Shown: piece by piece, positions 18,578 through 26,625 of the stretch | Layout of the letters: every line of letters starts with the position of its first letter | Position numbering within the stretch: the stretch's first letter is position 1 | Translations under genes and position numbers: made by a program | Assembly (NCBI GenBank): GCA_963760995.1 | Contig: CAVXFJ010000004.1 | Coordinates: forward strand, 967,128-999,127 | Direction of reading: 5' to 3' | Length of the DNA stretch: 32,000 nt | DNA from: an uncultured Pseudomonadota bacterium | Lineage (GTDB): Bacteria > Pseudomonadota > Alphaproteobacteria > Rhizobiales > Xanthobacteraceae | The notes under the pieces: model-generated | Told to the model about the DNA's origin: nothing | Databases searched by the model: none | What the model saw: only the letters and a program-made list of their open reading frames with translations

Positions 18578-19552
18578 ATGGACATTGCACCGGTCTCGGT
18601 TCCCACGAATACGGGCGGCGTCATTGCGCCCGACGGTCCGCTCGCTAAACGACTAAAAGCCCTGCCCCCTTCCGCGCGGGCCAAGTTCGAGAAATTGCGC
18701 CGCGCCGAAATCAAGGCGCGCGCCGCAGTCGATGGCCTCACGGCGCAGATCGAGCGCGTCCGAGAGGCGCGGGACGACGCCGAACGCGACCTGCATATCT
18801 TTGATCGTCATAACCGTCACCCGCAATTCACCTATGAGGAAGACGCGGAAACAAAAGCCCGCCGACGTATTGAGGTACAGGCCCCCGAGCGGGTCGCCCT
18901 GGTCGAGGCTTTCGAGGCCCACAAGGCCGAGCTCCGGCGGTTGACCGAGGAGATGGCGGCGATCCCGCGCACGGATACCGCCCCCATTGCGGCGTGGCTT
19001 CTATCCCAGGACGCCAAATTGGTCGCGGTCGAGGTCAAGCTCGGCAAGAACGACACCCTGGAACGCAACGCCGCCGAACAGCGGCACGTGAGCGACGAAC
19101 TGGCGGCGGTCGGCAATGCGCCAAGGACTATCGCCGAGGCCAAGGCGGCGATGCGCCAGGAGATCGCCCGGCTCGCAGAAAAAGGCAGGCCCGAGGTCGG
19201 CGGCCTTTTCCACGATCAGCCCATTGAGTGGCCGACAGAGACTTTTCAAGCGGGCGGGTTCGGAGCGCATCAATACGTGGTCGCGGCCACCATCAAGGAC
19301 GCCTTCGCGCTCACCATCTGGGCGAACCATGATGCAATCATCAGCGCGCTGGACAAAGAGATTGAGCGCCAGGGCGACGACACCGGCGCCATCAGCGCCG
19401 AGGATCAATCCGCAAGGGTGGCCGCGCTAGAGGCGCAGCTCCTCACCCTCCAGCGTGAGGCCGAGGCGATAATCGACCGGCTGGAGGTGCCAGTTAAGCG
19501 CGCCTGCCTCTTACCCGAGGTCCTGCTCGGCGTGGAGCGGGCGAAGCAATGA
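18578..19552 (+). CDS. Hypothetical protein (324 aa), Ala/Glu/Arg-rich and probably coiled-coil
   Basis: Long ORF with GC-rich third positions. No family recognised. Confidence 0.55.
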   Translation: MDIAPVSVPTNTGGVIAPDGPLAKRLKALPPSARAKFEKLRRAEIKARAAVDGLTAQIERVREARDDAERDLHIFDRHNRHPQFTYEEDAETKARRRIEVQAPERVALVEAFEAHKAELRRLTEEMAAIPRTDTAPIAAWLLSQDAKLVAVEVKLGKNDTLERNAAEQRHVSDELAAVGNAPRTIAEAKAAMRQEIARLAEKGRPEVGGLFHDQPIEWPTETFQAGGFGAHQYVVAATIKDAFALTIWANHDAIISALDKEIERQGDDTGAISAEDQSARVAALEAQLLTLQREAEAIIDRLEVPVKRACLLPEVLLGVERAKQ

Positions 19553-19681
19553 TTATCTGCCGGCGCTCCGTCTTTTCATAGTTTCTGCGGCGCGACGGTA
19601 CGCCCTCGCACTATCGTGCGAAGGCGGGCGCGGCGGTGTTTCTCCTTCCGCCGCGCCACCTATTCTGCGGAGGGTCATCAG

Positions 19682-19957
19682 ATGATGCGAGCACAGAGCT
19701 TCGACCACTCCGACCTTCAACGCGCACTCGACGAGTACGCCGAGCGACACGGCCGCGCTCGGGCGGTCGCCGTCTTACAGGACACCACGGGCGCGCGCGA
19801 GGTTTCCGCAGTGCCAAAACCCCGGATCATCGTCGCAATGGCCGAGCTTATCGGCGGCTATTCGTTTGGGTCGCACCCGGTAGCTCGGCTTCACGCTCAG
19901 TTAGCAGCTATTCGCGAGAAAGCGTTTGCTGGGCGGGCCATCAATGCCCGGTCTTGA
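19682..19957 (+). CDS. Hypothetical small protein (91 aa)
   Basis: The internal ATG at 19682 is preceded by GGAGGG at a 7-nt spacing. The track start at 19616 is less likely. Confidence 0.4.
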   Translation: MMRAQSFDHSDLQRALDEYAERHGRARAVAVLQDTTGAREVSAVPKPRIIVAMAELIGGYSFGSHPVARLHAQLAAIREKAFAGRAINARS

Positions 19958-20160
19958 AGAATGGCCGACGAAGGCCATTGATGCTTTAGGTCGGAAATGA
20001 CCCACAACGGACGTAGTGTGTGTGTCGCGGCAATCGAAGCAAGGTCGATTTGCGTGGGGGTCGGGGGGCTTTATGCAGCGCGTTCAATCAATGATCAAAC
20101 CCAGTTCGGCAGCGCCGCCGTAAACTCAGATTGACCCATTACGGACTTTTCTATCCAATG

Positions 20161-20183
20161 AAAAGCGGCCCCGAAGGACCGCT
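20161..20183 (-). terminator. Rho-independent terminator of the 20207-20821 gene
   Basis: The reverse strand reads GCGGTCC-TTCG-GGGCCGC followed by TTTT. Confidence 0.7.
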
Positions 20184-20206
20184 GATCTCATACATCGATT
20201 GCCCGC

Positions 20207-20821
20207 TTAGGCTGGTTTGGGTGCTTTGCGCTGCCTAGGCCGACTAATCATTGTAAAAAACCCAAGTCCGCCTGCCAGGAGTGGCAATGTGGTAGGCAGT
20301 GGGACGGGCGAGACAGACCCAACCCTGATGGTAATGTTGTCGCCTGTCACGACGTTGTAGATTGTGTCGCCCAGATTGAGACCAAGACTGGAAAGTGTCG
20401 CACCGACGAACGTCATCGACCCATTCAGCGCCGAACCAAAAATATAGTCCGAAGACAGGAAGATGTGAGGTCCTGCCTTAGCAAAAAAATCACCAGACGA
20501 ACTCGTTGCAAATATGTTGCTAGTTGACCCATAGGGATCGGACGCGTTGGAAACGACGTTGTAATATCCGACCACGGATTGTGACGTGCCCAACGAGTTC
20601 CTAAAGAACCCTACCGTTGGCGAAATTTGTGGACCAAAGCTGAACGTAGGGGTGGTATAATCGATCGTTTCTCCAGACAAATCCATCGATCCGCTCAGGG
20701 TAGCGACAACGTCCCCGCCGGATTCCTGAAAGGCGATCAATACTGAAGCTTTCGCGGGAACAATCGCTAACATCGCCGATGCACAAAGGCCTGCGGCGAC
20801 CAATATTTTTCTAAACATCAT
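20207..20821 (-). CDS. Secreted protein with a VPLPA/PEP-CTERM-type C-terminal sorting signal
   Basis: Signal peptide MMFRKILVAAGLCASAMLAIVPAKA. The C-terminus is VSPVPLPTTLPLLAGGLGFFTMISRPRQRK, i.e. motif, TM helix and basic tail. GGAGGA lies 6 nt before the ATG at 20821. Confidence 0.75.
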   Translation of the reverse strand: MMFRKILVAAGLCASAMLAIVPAKASVLIAFQESGGDVVATLSGSMDLSGETIDYTTPTFSFGPQISPTVGFFRNSLGTSQSVVGYYNVVSNASDPYGSTSNIFATSSSGDFFAKAGPHIFLSSDYIFGSALNGSMTFVGATLSSLGLNLGDTIYNVVTGDNITIRVGSVSPVPLPTTLPLLAGGLGFFTMISRPRQRKAPKPA

Positions 20822-21362
20822 TTGAAATCCTCCCATTGTTTCGGTCCCACCCCGCTACTCGAGTACAAGTTTCAGTATGCCATCTGAATTTTCCAAAGAG
20901 TGAGCTGAACTTAAATCCACCCGATGCCTAGCTTGTTGAGATGGGATTGCCGCCATGAACGACCATATCGCCGCAAAATTCGACTTGGCATAAAATCGGC
21001 GTGAATAAGAGCGGCCTACGCGGACATGTCGTGTGTGGCGCCGGTAAAGATGTCGCAGCTCAAGCCTACATTCAATACTACTTCTAAGTGACTGGTGGGG
21101 ATTCCGCTTAATGTCCTACCGGTGCCGGTGATTATGACCGCGAGCGGAGCCGTTACGTCGTCAAACTTTGACAACCGAGCAACGGTCTACTTTTACACGC
21201 CGTATGGTAGCACACTCCTGCGACATAAATTCTTCGCAAATAAACTAAATCCTGCCGACTTGGTATAGACGGCGCCGCCATTAGCGGGCATGATGGCAAA
21301 GTGGCATCGTGTGCGTGATTGCGTCAGCCGTTGACGCTTTGACGCGTTGTTTGGGGCGTAAA

Positions 21363-22004
21363 ATGAAAACTAATTTGTTTAGTATTATTGCGTTGCTGTT
21401 TGTGTTCGGGATTGCCGAAAAAGCAAGAGCAAGCCCAATTGACATGAGCTACACTGTGACCGGTTCTCCGGGAAGTTGGGTCTATGATTTTTCTTTCACC
21501 AATAACCTTGGGAGCCCCAGTGAGATTTACTCTGTTGGGGTAAGGCTAAACAGCCCTGATTCTAGTAGTATCGTCTACCCAATCGGTTGGTTTGCAGGAA
21601 GTCCCGGAGGGTGGAATTGGTTTGGCTACGGTGGGTCAAATACCAATTACAATGCTCTCTGGGTTACCTGTACTACGGGAAGTTGCCCTTCAAATTGGCC
21701 AGTAAGTCAACCCGCAATTGGGTCTGGCCAAACAATGAGCGGCTTTCAAGTGATGGATACTGCTCAAAGTACATTAACCAGTGTGAGTTGGTATGCCGTG
21801 ACCTACGGTTACTACGCACCCCCGCAAACCGGATGCAGCTTTATATGCCAAGCCCCTTATAGCAATCCGGGATTTGAAGGTTTGGCGACACTTGCGACTT
21901 CCGAAACGCCTCTCCCGTCTGCGCTCCCGCTTTTCGCGTCTGGGCTTGGTGCTTTGGGTTTTCTCGGCTGGCGCAGGAAGCGGAAAACTCAGCTAGCAGC
22001 CTGA
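21363..22004 (+). CDS. Secreted VPLPA/PEP-CTERM-type protein, paralog 1
   Basis: Signal peptide MKTNLFSIIALLFVFGIAEKARA. The C-terminus is TPLPSALPLFASGLGALGFLGWRRKRK. Collinear with the 22405-23070 product. Confidence 0.8.
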   Translation: MKTNLFSIIALLFVFGIAEKARASPIDMSYTVTGSPGSWVYDFSFTNNLGSPSEIYSVGVRLNSPDSSSIVYPIGWFAGSPGGWNWFGYGGSNTNYNALWVTCTTGSCPSNWPVSQPAIGSGQTMSGFQVMDTAQSTLTSVSWYAVTYGYYAPPQTGCSFICQAPYSNPGFEGLATLATSETPLPSALPLFASGLGALGFLGWRRKRKTQLAA

Positions 22005-22028
22005 TCACTAACTTTTTTGTGGCACGGA

Positions 22029-22059
22029 GGGACCGCCGCAGCTGGCGGTCTCTCTTTTT
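22029..22059 (+). terminator. Rho-independent terminator
   Basis: GACCGCC-gcagct-GGCGGTC followed by TCTCTTTTT. Confidence 0.7.
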
Positions 22060-22404
22060 GCGATGTGTGCTGCAAGTGCGTCGGTCGCGAATGGCCCATC
22101 GCGATATTCCGCTGTGATGCAAAGCCATGTCCGGTCTTGGGGCAACAGCCGACATAGGGCGGCGCCGTGCGCTCAATGGGTCGGTAGCGTTTGACCCATG
22201 TGCCACATTAATCAAGACACTGGCCCTAAAACAGTTTAACGTGCGAGCGCGGTCAGGAAAATTGACCGAGAGTTGCATAAAAAATGGCGACTTGCCGAAG
22301 TCCCCGTTCCTTCAATTGGCAGCCGAGTGCCCATCGGCAGGCTTGACGACGCCTTAGCTCTTGCGCGTTCGCCATGGTGGCGCCGCCATCCGAAGGGGAC
22401 GACA

Positions 22405-23070
22405 ATGAAACCATTTATGAAGCTGACGCTGAAAGCGAAAATATTCGGTTTTATTGCGCTGCTGTTTCTGTTGGGGAATTCCGAAGCAACGCAAGCAAAC
22501 CCGGTCGACGTGAGTTACACGGTTTCCGGTTCTGCGGGAAACTGGGTCTATGATTTTTCAGTCACCAACAACCTTGGAAGCGGTACCGCGATTTACTATG
22601 TTGGGGCCAGCCTGCCTAATTCTGTTACAGGCAGCATTGTTTATCCTACCGGCTGGTATGCACCAGCCGTTACCAGCCAGAATTGGGGCGGTAATCCCTA
22701 CAATGGGTCAGGTACTGAGTACAATGATCTCTGGATTACCTGCTCCTCCTCGGCCGTTTGCAATAACCAATATGGAATATTCAATGGCCAAACCTTGAGC
22801 GGCTTTCAAATATCGGATTCTGGTTTGACCGCGCTGACGAGTGTAAGTTGGTTTGCAGTGGATGCCGGTTACTACGGTCCACCACAAACGGGTTGCAGCT
22901 TTATCTGTGGCGCTCCATATACCAATCCCGGGTTTGAAGGTTTAGCGATGGCCGCGATCTCAGGAACCCCGCTCCCTGCCGCTCTCCCGCTGTTCGCGTC
23001 AGGCTTGGGCACATTGGGGCTGCTTGGCTGGCGCAGGAAGCGGAAGAAGGACGCTGCGCCCGCAGCCTGA
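22405..23070 (+). CDS. Secreted VPLPA/PEP-CTERM-type protein, paralog 2
   Basis: Signal peptide ...IFGFIALLFLLGNSEATQA. The C-terminus is TPLPAALPLFASGLGTLGLLGWRRKRK. The ATG at 22405 is preceded by AAGGGGA. Confidence 0.8.
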   Translation: MKPFMKLTLKAKIFGFIALLFLLGNSEATQANPVDVSYTVSGSAGNWVYDFSVTNNLGSGTAIYYVGASLPNSVTGSIVYPTGWYAPAVTSQNWGGNPYNGSGTEYNDLWITCSSSAVCNNQYGIFNGQTLSGFQISDSGLTALTSVSWFAVDAGYYGPPQTGCSFICGAPYTNPGFEGLAMAAISGTPLPAALPLFASGLGTLGLLGWRRKRKKDAAPAA

Positions 23071-23097
23071 CCCAAATATTTTGTTTGTGGCACCGAA

Positions 23098-23126
23098 GGA
23101 CCGCCGCCTTGGCGGTTCTTTTTTGT
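23098..23126 (+). terminator. Rho-independent terminator, paralogous to 22029-22059
   Basis: GGACCGCC-gcctt-GGCGGTTC followed by TTTTTTG. Confidence 0.7.
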
Positions 23127-23149
23127 GCGCGGAAACGAATGACGCGATA

Positions 23150-23209
23150 TGGCCCATCCCAGCCATTCGCTAGTCGTCGGCAATTAGGCAATAGCGGAAG
23201 TGCGGCCTC
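23150..23209. repeat. About 60-nt intergenic repeat, copy 1
   Basis: TGGCCCATCCCAGCCATTCGCTAGTCGTCGGCAATTAGGCAATAGCGGAAGTGCGGCCTC. By eye most positions match 24421-24480. Confidence 0.7.
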
Positions 23210-23383
23210 ACCCTCAACAATGGACTGTGCTCGCGGTGCACTCCTGAACATCATTTAATTCTCTGCTCGAAGCAAAGGCCGAAGCTGCTCGGCTCGACTT
23301 TCACGCGCAAAAGAACTTTGTATTGCGTTTTCTTCAATGACCATTTCAAAACCCACGAGTAGAAACCTTCACGACAGCACAAA

Positions 23384-23788
23384 TCATAACGGTACTGGTA
23401 TCATTATATACCGCAGATGCGACTTTGGCGGCTCACAGGCAATGCCATCATTGTCCGCGTCATTGTGGCTCCAATATCCTGGTTGACCTCGTCGCGCAGG
23501 TGACAAACCCATAGCCTCAACCGCATTGCAGCTGGGAAACGAAATAAGGTGCTTCAAAGTTAGACCTACTGGCCACGGACTGGCTAGCAAGTACCAAACA
23601 AACGCAAAGCTACATATTGCAGTTACAACTGGAAACCACGACGCATAAATGAACTTTTTTAATCGGGACAATTGGTCCTGTCGGCGTGATACGCTGCTGA
23701 AGCGCCGTTTTAGCTCGCGCAGTCTTTTATCCGCGCCTGTAATATCGTTGTGAACAATGTTAGGTAGAAGCGATTTTTTTCCCGCCAT
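23384..23788 (-). CDS. Membrane-anchored protein with a C-terminal Excalibur-like calcium-binding motif
   Basis: TM helix WFPVVTAICSFAFVWYLLA. The C-terminal NDADNDGIACEP matches the DxDxDGxxCE Excalibur signature. Confidence 0.65.
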   Translation of the reverse strand: MAGKKSLLPNIVHNDITGADKRLRELKRRFSSVSRRQDQLSRLKKFIYASWFPVVTAICSFAFVWYLLASPWPVGLTLKHLISFPSCNAVEAMGLSPARRGQPGYWSHNDADNDGIACEPPKSHLRYIMIPVPL

Positions 23789-23845
23789 GGCTACCCCTCA
23801 CAGACATTTAACGCCAAAGCGCACACTGGAGCAGTCCGCACCGGC

Positions 23846-24238
23846 TTAATGTGTGAAAGGTCTCACGCTTTGGGCCGCAATTTCGTTATAGAACGTGTAG
23901 GACCCGACGTGCCGGACCTCCTGAAATACACCTTTCACCTCCAGTGGGTCGCCATTCATGATATTGGGGTGACCCCAAGTAAATACCTTTACGCCACCCC
24001 CTGCTGTGTCCCGAAGCTGGAAAGTTGAGTAATCATTGCCAGCTCGGGAGGTTGTTTCCCGGACCTCATCAGCAGTTCCATGGACAGAGACACTCTTTCC
24101 ATCGAACTGAGAGGGATTTGAAGCTATAGCGGCGACACTAGCGGGAAGAGTAGCAGGTTCGGCTGAACAGCCGACAGGGATGAGCAGCAGAAATGCATTC
24201 GCTAAGAGCCATGGACCTTTAGCTTTTATTTGTGTCAC
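23846..24238 (-). CDS. Putative secreted protein or lipoprotein (130 aa)
   Basis: GTG start with GGAG upstream. Signal-like N-terminus WLLANAFLLLIPVGCSAEP with a possible non-canonical lipobox. No family recognised. Confidence 0.5.
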   Translation of the reverse strand: MTQIKAKGPWLLANAFLLLIPVGCSAEPATLPASVAAIASNPSQFDGKSVSVHGTADEVRETTSRAGNDYSTFQLRDTAGGGVKVFTWGHPNIMNGDPLEVKGVFQEVRHVGSYTFYNEIAAQSVRPFTH

Positions 24239-24420
24239 CGTGCTCCCTCTCGCCTAACCTGTACATTGTCTTTACTAACATTCGATCAGCATGCCTGATC
24301 TATATAAAAGTAGGCGACATACAATTCGATAAACAAATTGTTTAAAAGGCAAAGCTAATTCGAAGCGTAGCATTTGTTCTGTCTGTGCCCTTAAACGCAA
24401 GAACGTGGGGTTGATGGCAC

Positions 24421-24480
24421 TGGCCCATCACTGCTATTCGCTACGTCGTCGACAAATAGACAATAGCGGACATGCGGCCT
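24421..24480. repeat. About 60-nt intergenic repeat, copy 2
   Basis: TGGCCCATCACTGCTATTCGCTACGTCGTCGACAAATAGACAATAGCGGACATGCGGCCTC. Confidence 0.7.
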
Positions 24481-24500
24481 CGTCTTAAATCTGCTCTCTC

Positions 24501-24843
24501 TCAAATCGAGGGCCGTCTCGCCAATGTCAGTATTCGCGGCCTACCATATCCATTGCAACGTCGGCAGCACAGGTCGCGCAATGCGAGACGAATCAAAGTC
24601 GCGCGGCTTCACTCACAAATCCAAATCGACAACAGTCTCGCAAGTGTCGCAGGCGATGACTATCCAAGGATGCTTTGCATACTTTGACGTTTGATTTTGC
24701 GATGTTAATTTTTTGCCGACCATCGTGCCGATTATCTGCCGGTCTATCGCCGATGATTTACCGCGACAGTGCCTGTCGGAAACACCTAGACTTCCGTCAC
24801 TGATTAGGGAGAGCGTGCACGGCCTCTCAGCTTTATCAATCAC
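24501..24843 (-). pseudogene. Decayed paralog of the 26626-26976 zinc-ribbon gene (in-frame stop plus frameshift)
   Basis: The reverse strand reads KHPWIVIACDTCETVVDLDL*VKPRDFDSS. After a frameshift it continues ALRDLCCRRCNGYGRPRILTLARRPSI*. The intact copy reads RHPWLVIACEGCGMVTDMDLRVKPRDPEAS...ALRDFRCPRCNGHGRPRVTALARSASI*. Confidence 0.75.
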
Positions 24844-25613
24844 TGAAGCCCTGCATGGTGTAGTAGTTCTTCAATTGCTATTCTAAAATCAGATTGAACC
24901 CTCTCGATATCCTCGTGGCGGGCAATAAAGAAACGGCCATGCGCGGAGACATGTCCAAGGTCTTTTAATTTTGGAAGAGCTTTTTTTGTATTCCGTGACA
25001 ATGGTAACGCTTGTTCATTACACGCCAATTCAACTAGTTTTGTTAATTGGAAGTAATTGCCGTCGGCGCTCTTAATCTTGTGAGCGATACCTTTTGTTTC
25101 GAAAGCCTCGATTATGCCGATCTCCAATAGCCGTCGCATCATGACCATGCTCGCATCGCGCCAACCATGTTGATAACAGCCGTTCAGTTGGCGACCGATC
25201 GCGATAATATAAGGACGCTTAAAATCATCGAGAATTGAGGGTGGAATGAAATTTATAGAGGATGTTGACGTTTGTGTCGGCGCGGCCGTTTTGCGGGAAA
25301 GTCGCCTCAGCGCGGATGTTAACTCGCGTTGAGCACGCAACCGATCTCCCGACGAAGCATTGTGATGGAAAACATTGGCCAGCAATTCGGCAAAGGCCGT
25401 AGCATCGCCTGTCGAGAGAGTTGGCAGCTGCTCGAACGCTTCCGTCGCTTGTGATTTCAGGTCGGCAAATTTATTTCCGTAATGGTTGTCTCCAGACAGC
25501 GATTTTCGATTTCGTCGCGCTTTTTTAGCAACTAACAGCGCCTGTTGAGTGAGATCTTGTAGCAAGGATACTGGCGTCACGTGGTCATCGTCGCTCAACC
25601 TGCGAGTAACCAT
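24840..25613 (-). CDS. Hypothetical protein (257 aa); the C-terminal half resembles DUF4145/HEPN-like domains (weak call)
   Basis: AT-rich ORF. GCYQHGWRDASMVMMRRLLEIGIIEAF ... LKDLGHVSAHGRFFIARHEDIE resembles the helical DUF4145 pattern, which normally ends in a GN..aH-type motif. The start lies 3 nt after the upstream gene's stop. Confidence 0.5.
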   Translation of the reverse strand: MVTRRLSDDDHVTPVSLLQDLTQQALLVAKKARRNRKSLSGDNHYGNKFADLKSQATEAFEQLPTLSTGDATAFAELLANVFHHNASSGDRLRAQRELTSALRRLSRKTAAPTQTSTSSINFIPPSILDDFKRPYIIAIGRQLNGCYQHGWRDASMVMMRRLLEIGIIEAFETKGIAHKIKSADGNYFQLTKLVELACNEQALPLSRNTKKALPKLKDLGHVSAHGRFFIARHEDIERVQSDFRIAIEELLHHAGLQ

Positions 25614-25616
25614 GTG

Positions 25617-26036
25617 TCACCAAGGAGAATACAGATAGGTATTGTTTTCGCCTTTGTGTCGGCGCAATACCTTGGCTTTGCATAGACGCATCAGCGGCGT
25701 GCTCAGCCCCGTAATTGCTATATGGTGCCCACGATTTCCGAGCTCTGCCTTAACTTCAGATATCGTTTTAGGCCTTTTGAAAAAGCCATCACCGAGCAAT
25801 TCTTGTAAATACTGGGTTGGCCCACCGCGCGCCGCTCCTCGCAAATTCTCGCGCCTCTTCTTAGCCGACACCTTTCGGCGTTTGGCCGGGGCATTGCTTT
25901 CTTCATTGTCCTGCTTGGTGCTCAGAAGGTCATCCAAGACTTTCTGGAAAGCGATTTGTTTCAACGAAGGGTCTGAAACCGAGTTCACCGCCTTCTCGGC
26001 CTGTTTCACCAACTGCTCATAATTGTCTTTAGCCAT
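25617..26036 (-). CDS. Hypothetical protein (139 aa) with a Lys/Arg-rich linker and a possible C-terminal winged-helix domain
   Basis: The internal ATG (complement of 26034-26036), giving MAKDNYEQLVKQAEK, is preferred over the track start at 26129. No family recognised. Confidence 0.5.
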   Translation of the reverse strand: MAKDNYEQLVKQAEKAVNSVSDPSLKQIAFQKVLDDLLSTKQDNEESNAPAKRRKVSAKKRRENLRGAARGGPTQYLQELLGDGFFKRPKTISEVKAELGNRGHHIAITGLSTPLMRLCKAKVLRRHKGENNTYLYSPW

Positions 26037-26295
26037 GGATTTAGCCCTATTGATTCTTCTACCAATGATAGCGCAGCCCCTCTTGCCAATCGAATCTCCG
26101 CAAATGAGGTTAAGCCCGGACGGCCTCACACTCGCATTCCGGCGGTCGGCTAGCGCCGAACTCGAACCCCTGTTTTCGCCGTGAGAGCGCCCAATAATTT
26201 TCCAATTACGTCGACTGAAAAGTAAGATTCACGGCGGGGTCTAATCGGGGTCGGCCGATTTAGCGGCCTCTAAGTCATTGAAATCACACAGGAGG

Positions 26296-26310
26296 TGGCG
26301 GAGGGAGAGG
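26296..26310. repeat. Direct repeat copy C, TGGCGGAGGGAGAGG (putative right att)
   Basis: Exact 14-mer shared with copies A and B, and a 15-mer shared with A. Confidence 0.8.
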
Positions 26311-26625
26311 GAGCCACAACCATCGACTATCCGATTGCTAAGCCAACTATTTTGTCTGCGGCAGCCCCTCTTGTACCCCCATATGTACCCCAACCGCTCG
26401 GCTCAGGGATTTTTTGGGCATTGATCAAGCAGAAGTCCTGATGATCCGGCCTAACGGGCTCGCCAAGCGAATACGAAGCTCGGTGCGAGCGCGACTTTTG
26501 TAATGTATTTTTCCGTCCGAAAGAATTCGTTGCTGAGATCCCTCCCCGACCGCCTCGCTCACCACTGCCAACGTTTGACGGCCATGCCGCCCCGCCCTAG
26601 CGTCGGCTCGGAGCCGGTCGAGGCC

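Larger units (their letters stand above)
12998..26310 (+). mobile_element. P4-like integrative element or genomic island (about 13.3 kb) bounded by 14-nt direct repeats
   Basis: Direct repeats at both ends. The left end carries a tyrosine integrase, then an AlpA-like gene, a Toprim/Zn-ribbon protein and a P4-family primase-helicase. The cargo half is more AT-rich. GGGGTC(GG) tandem motifs lie just inside both ends. Confidence 0.7.
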
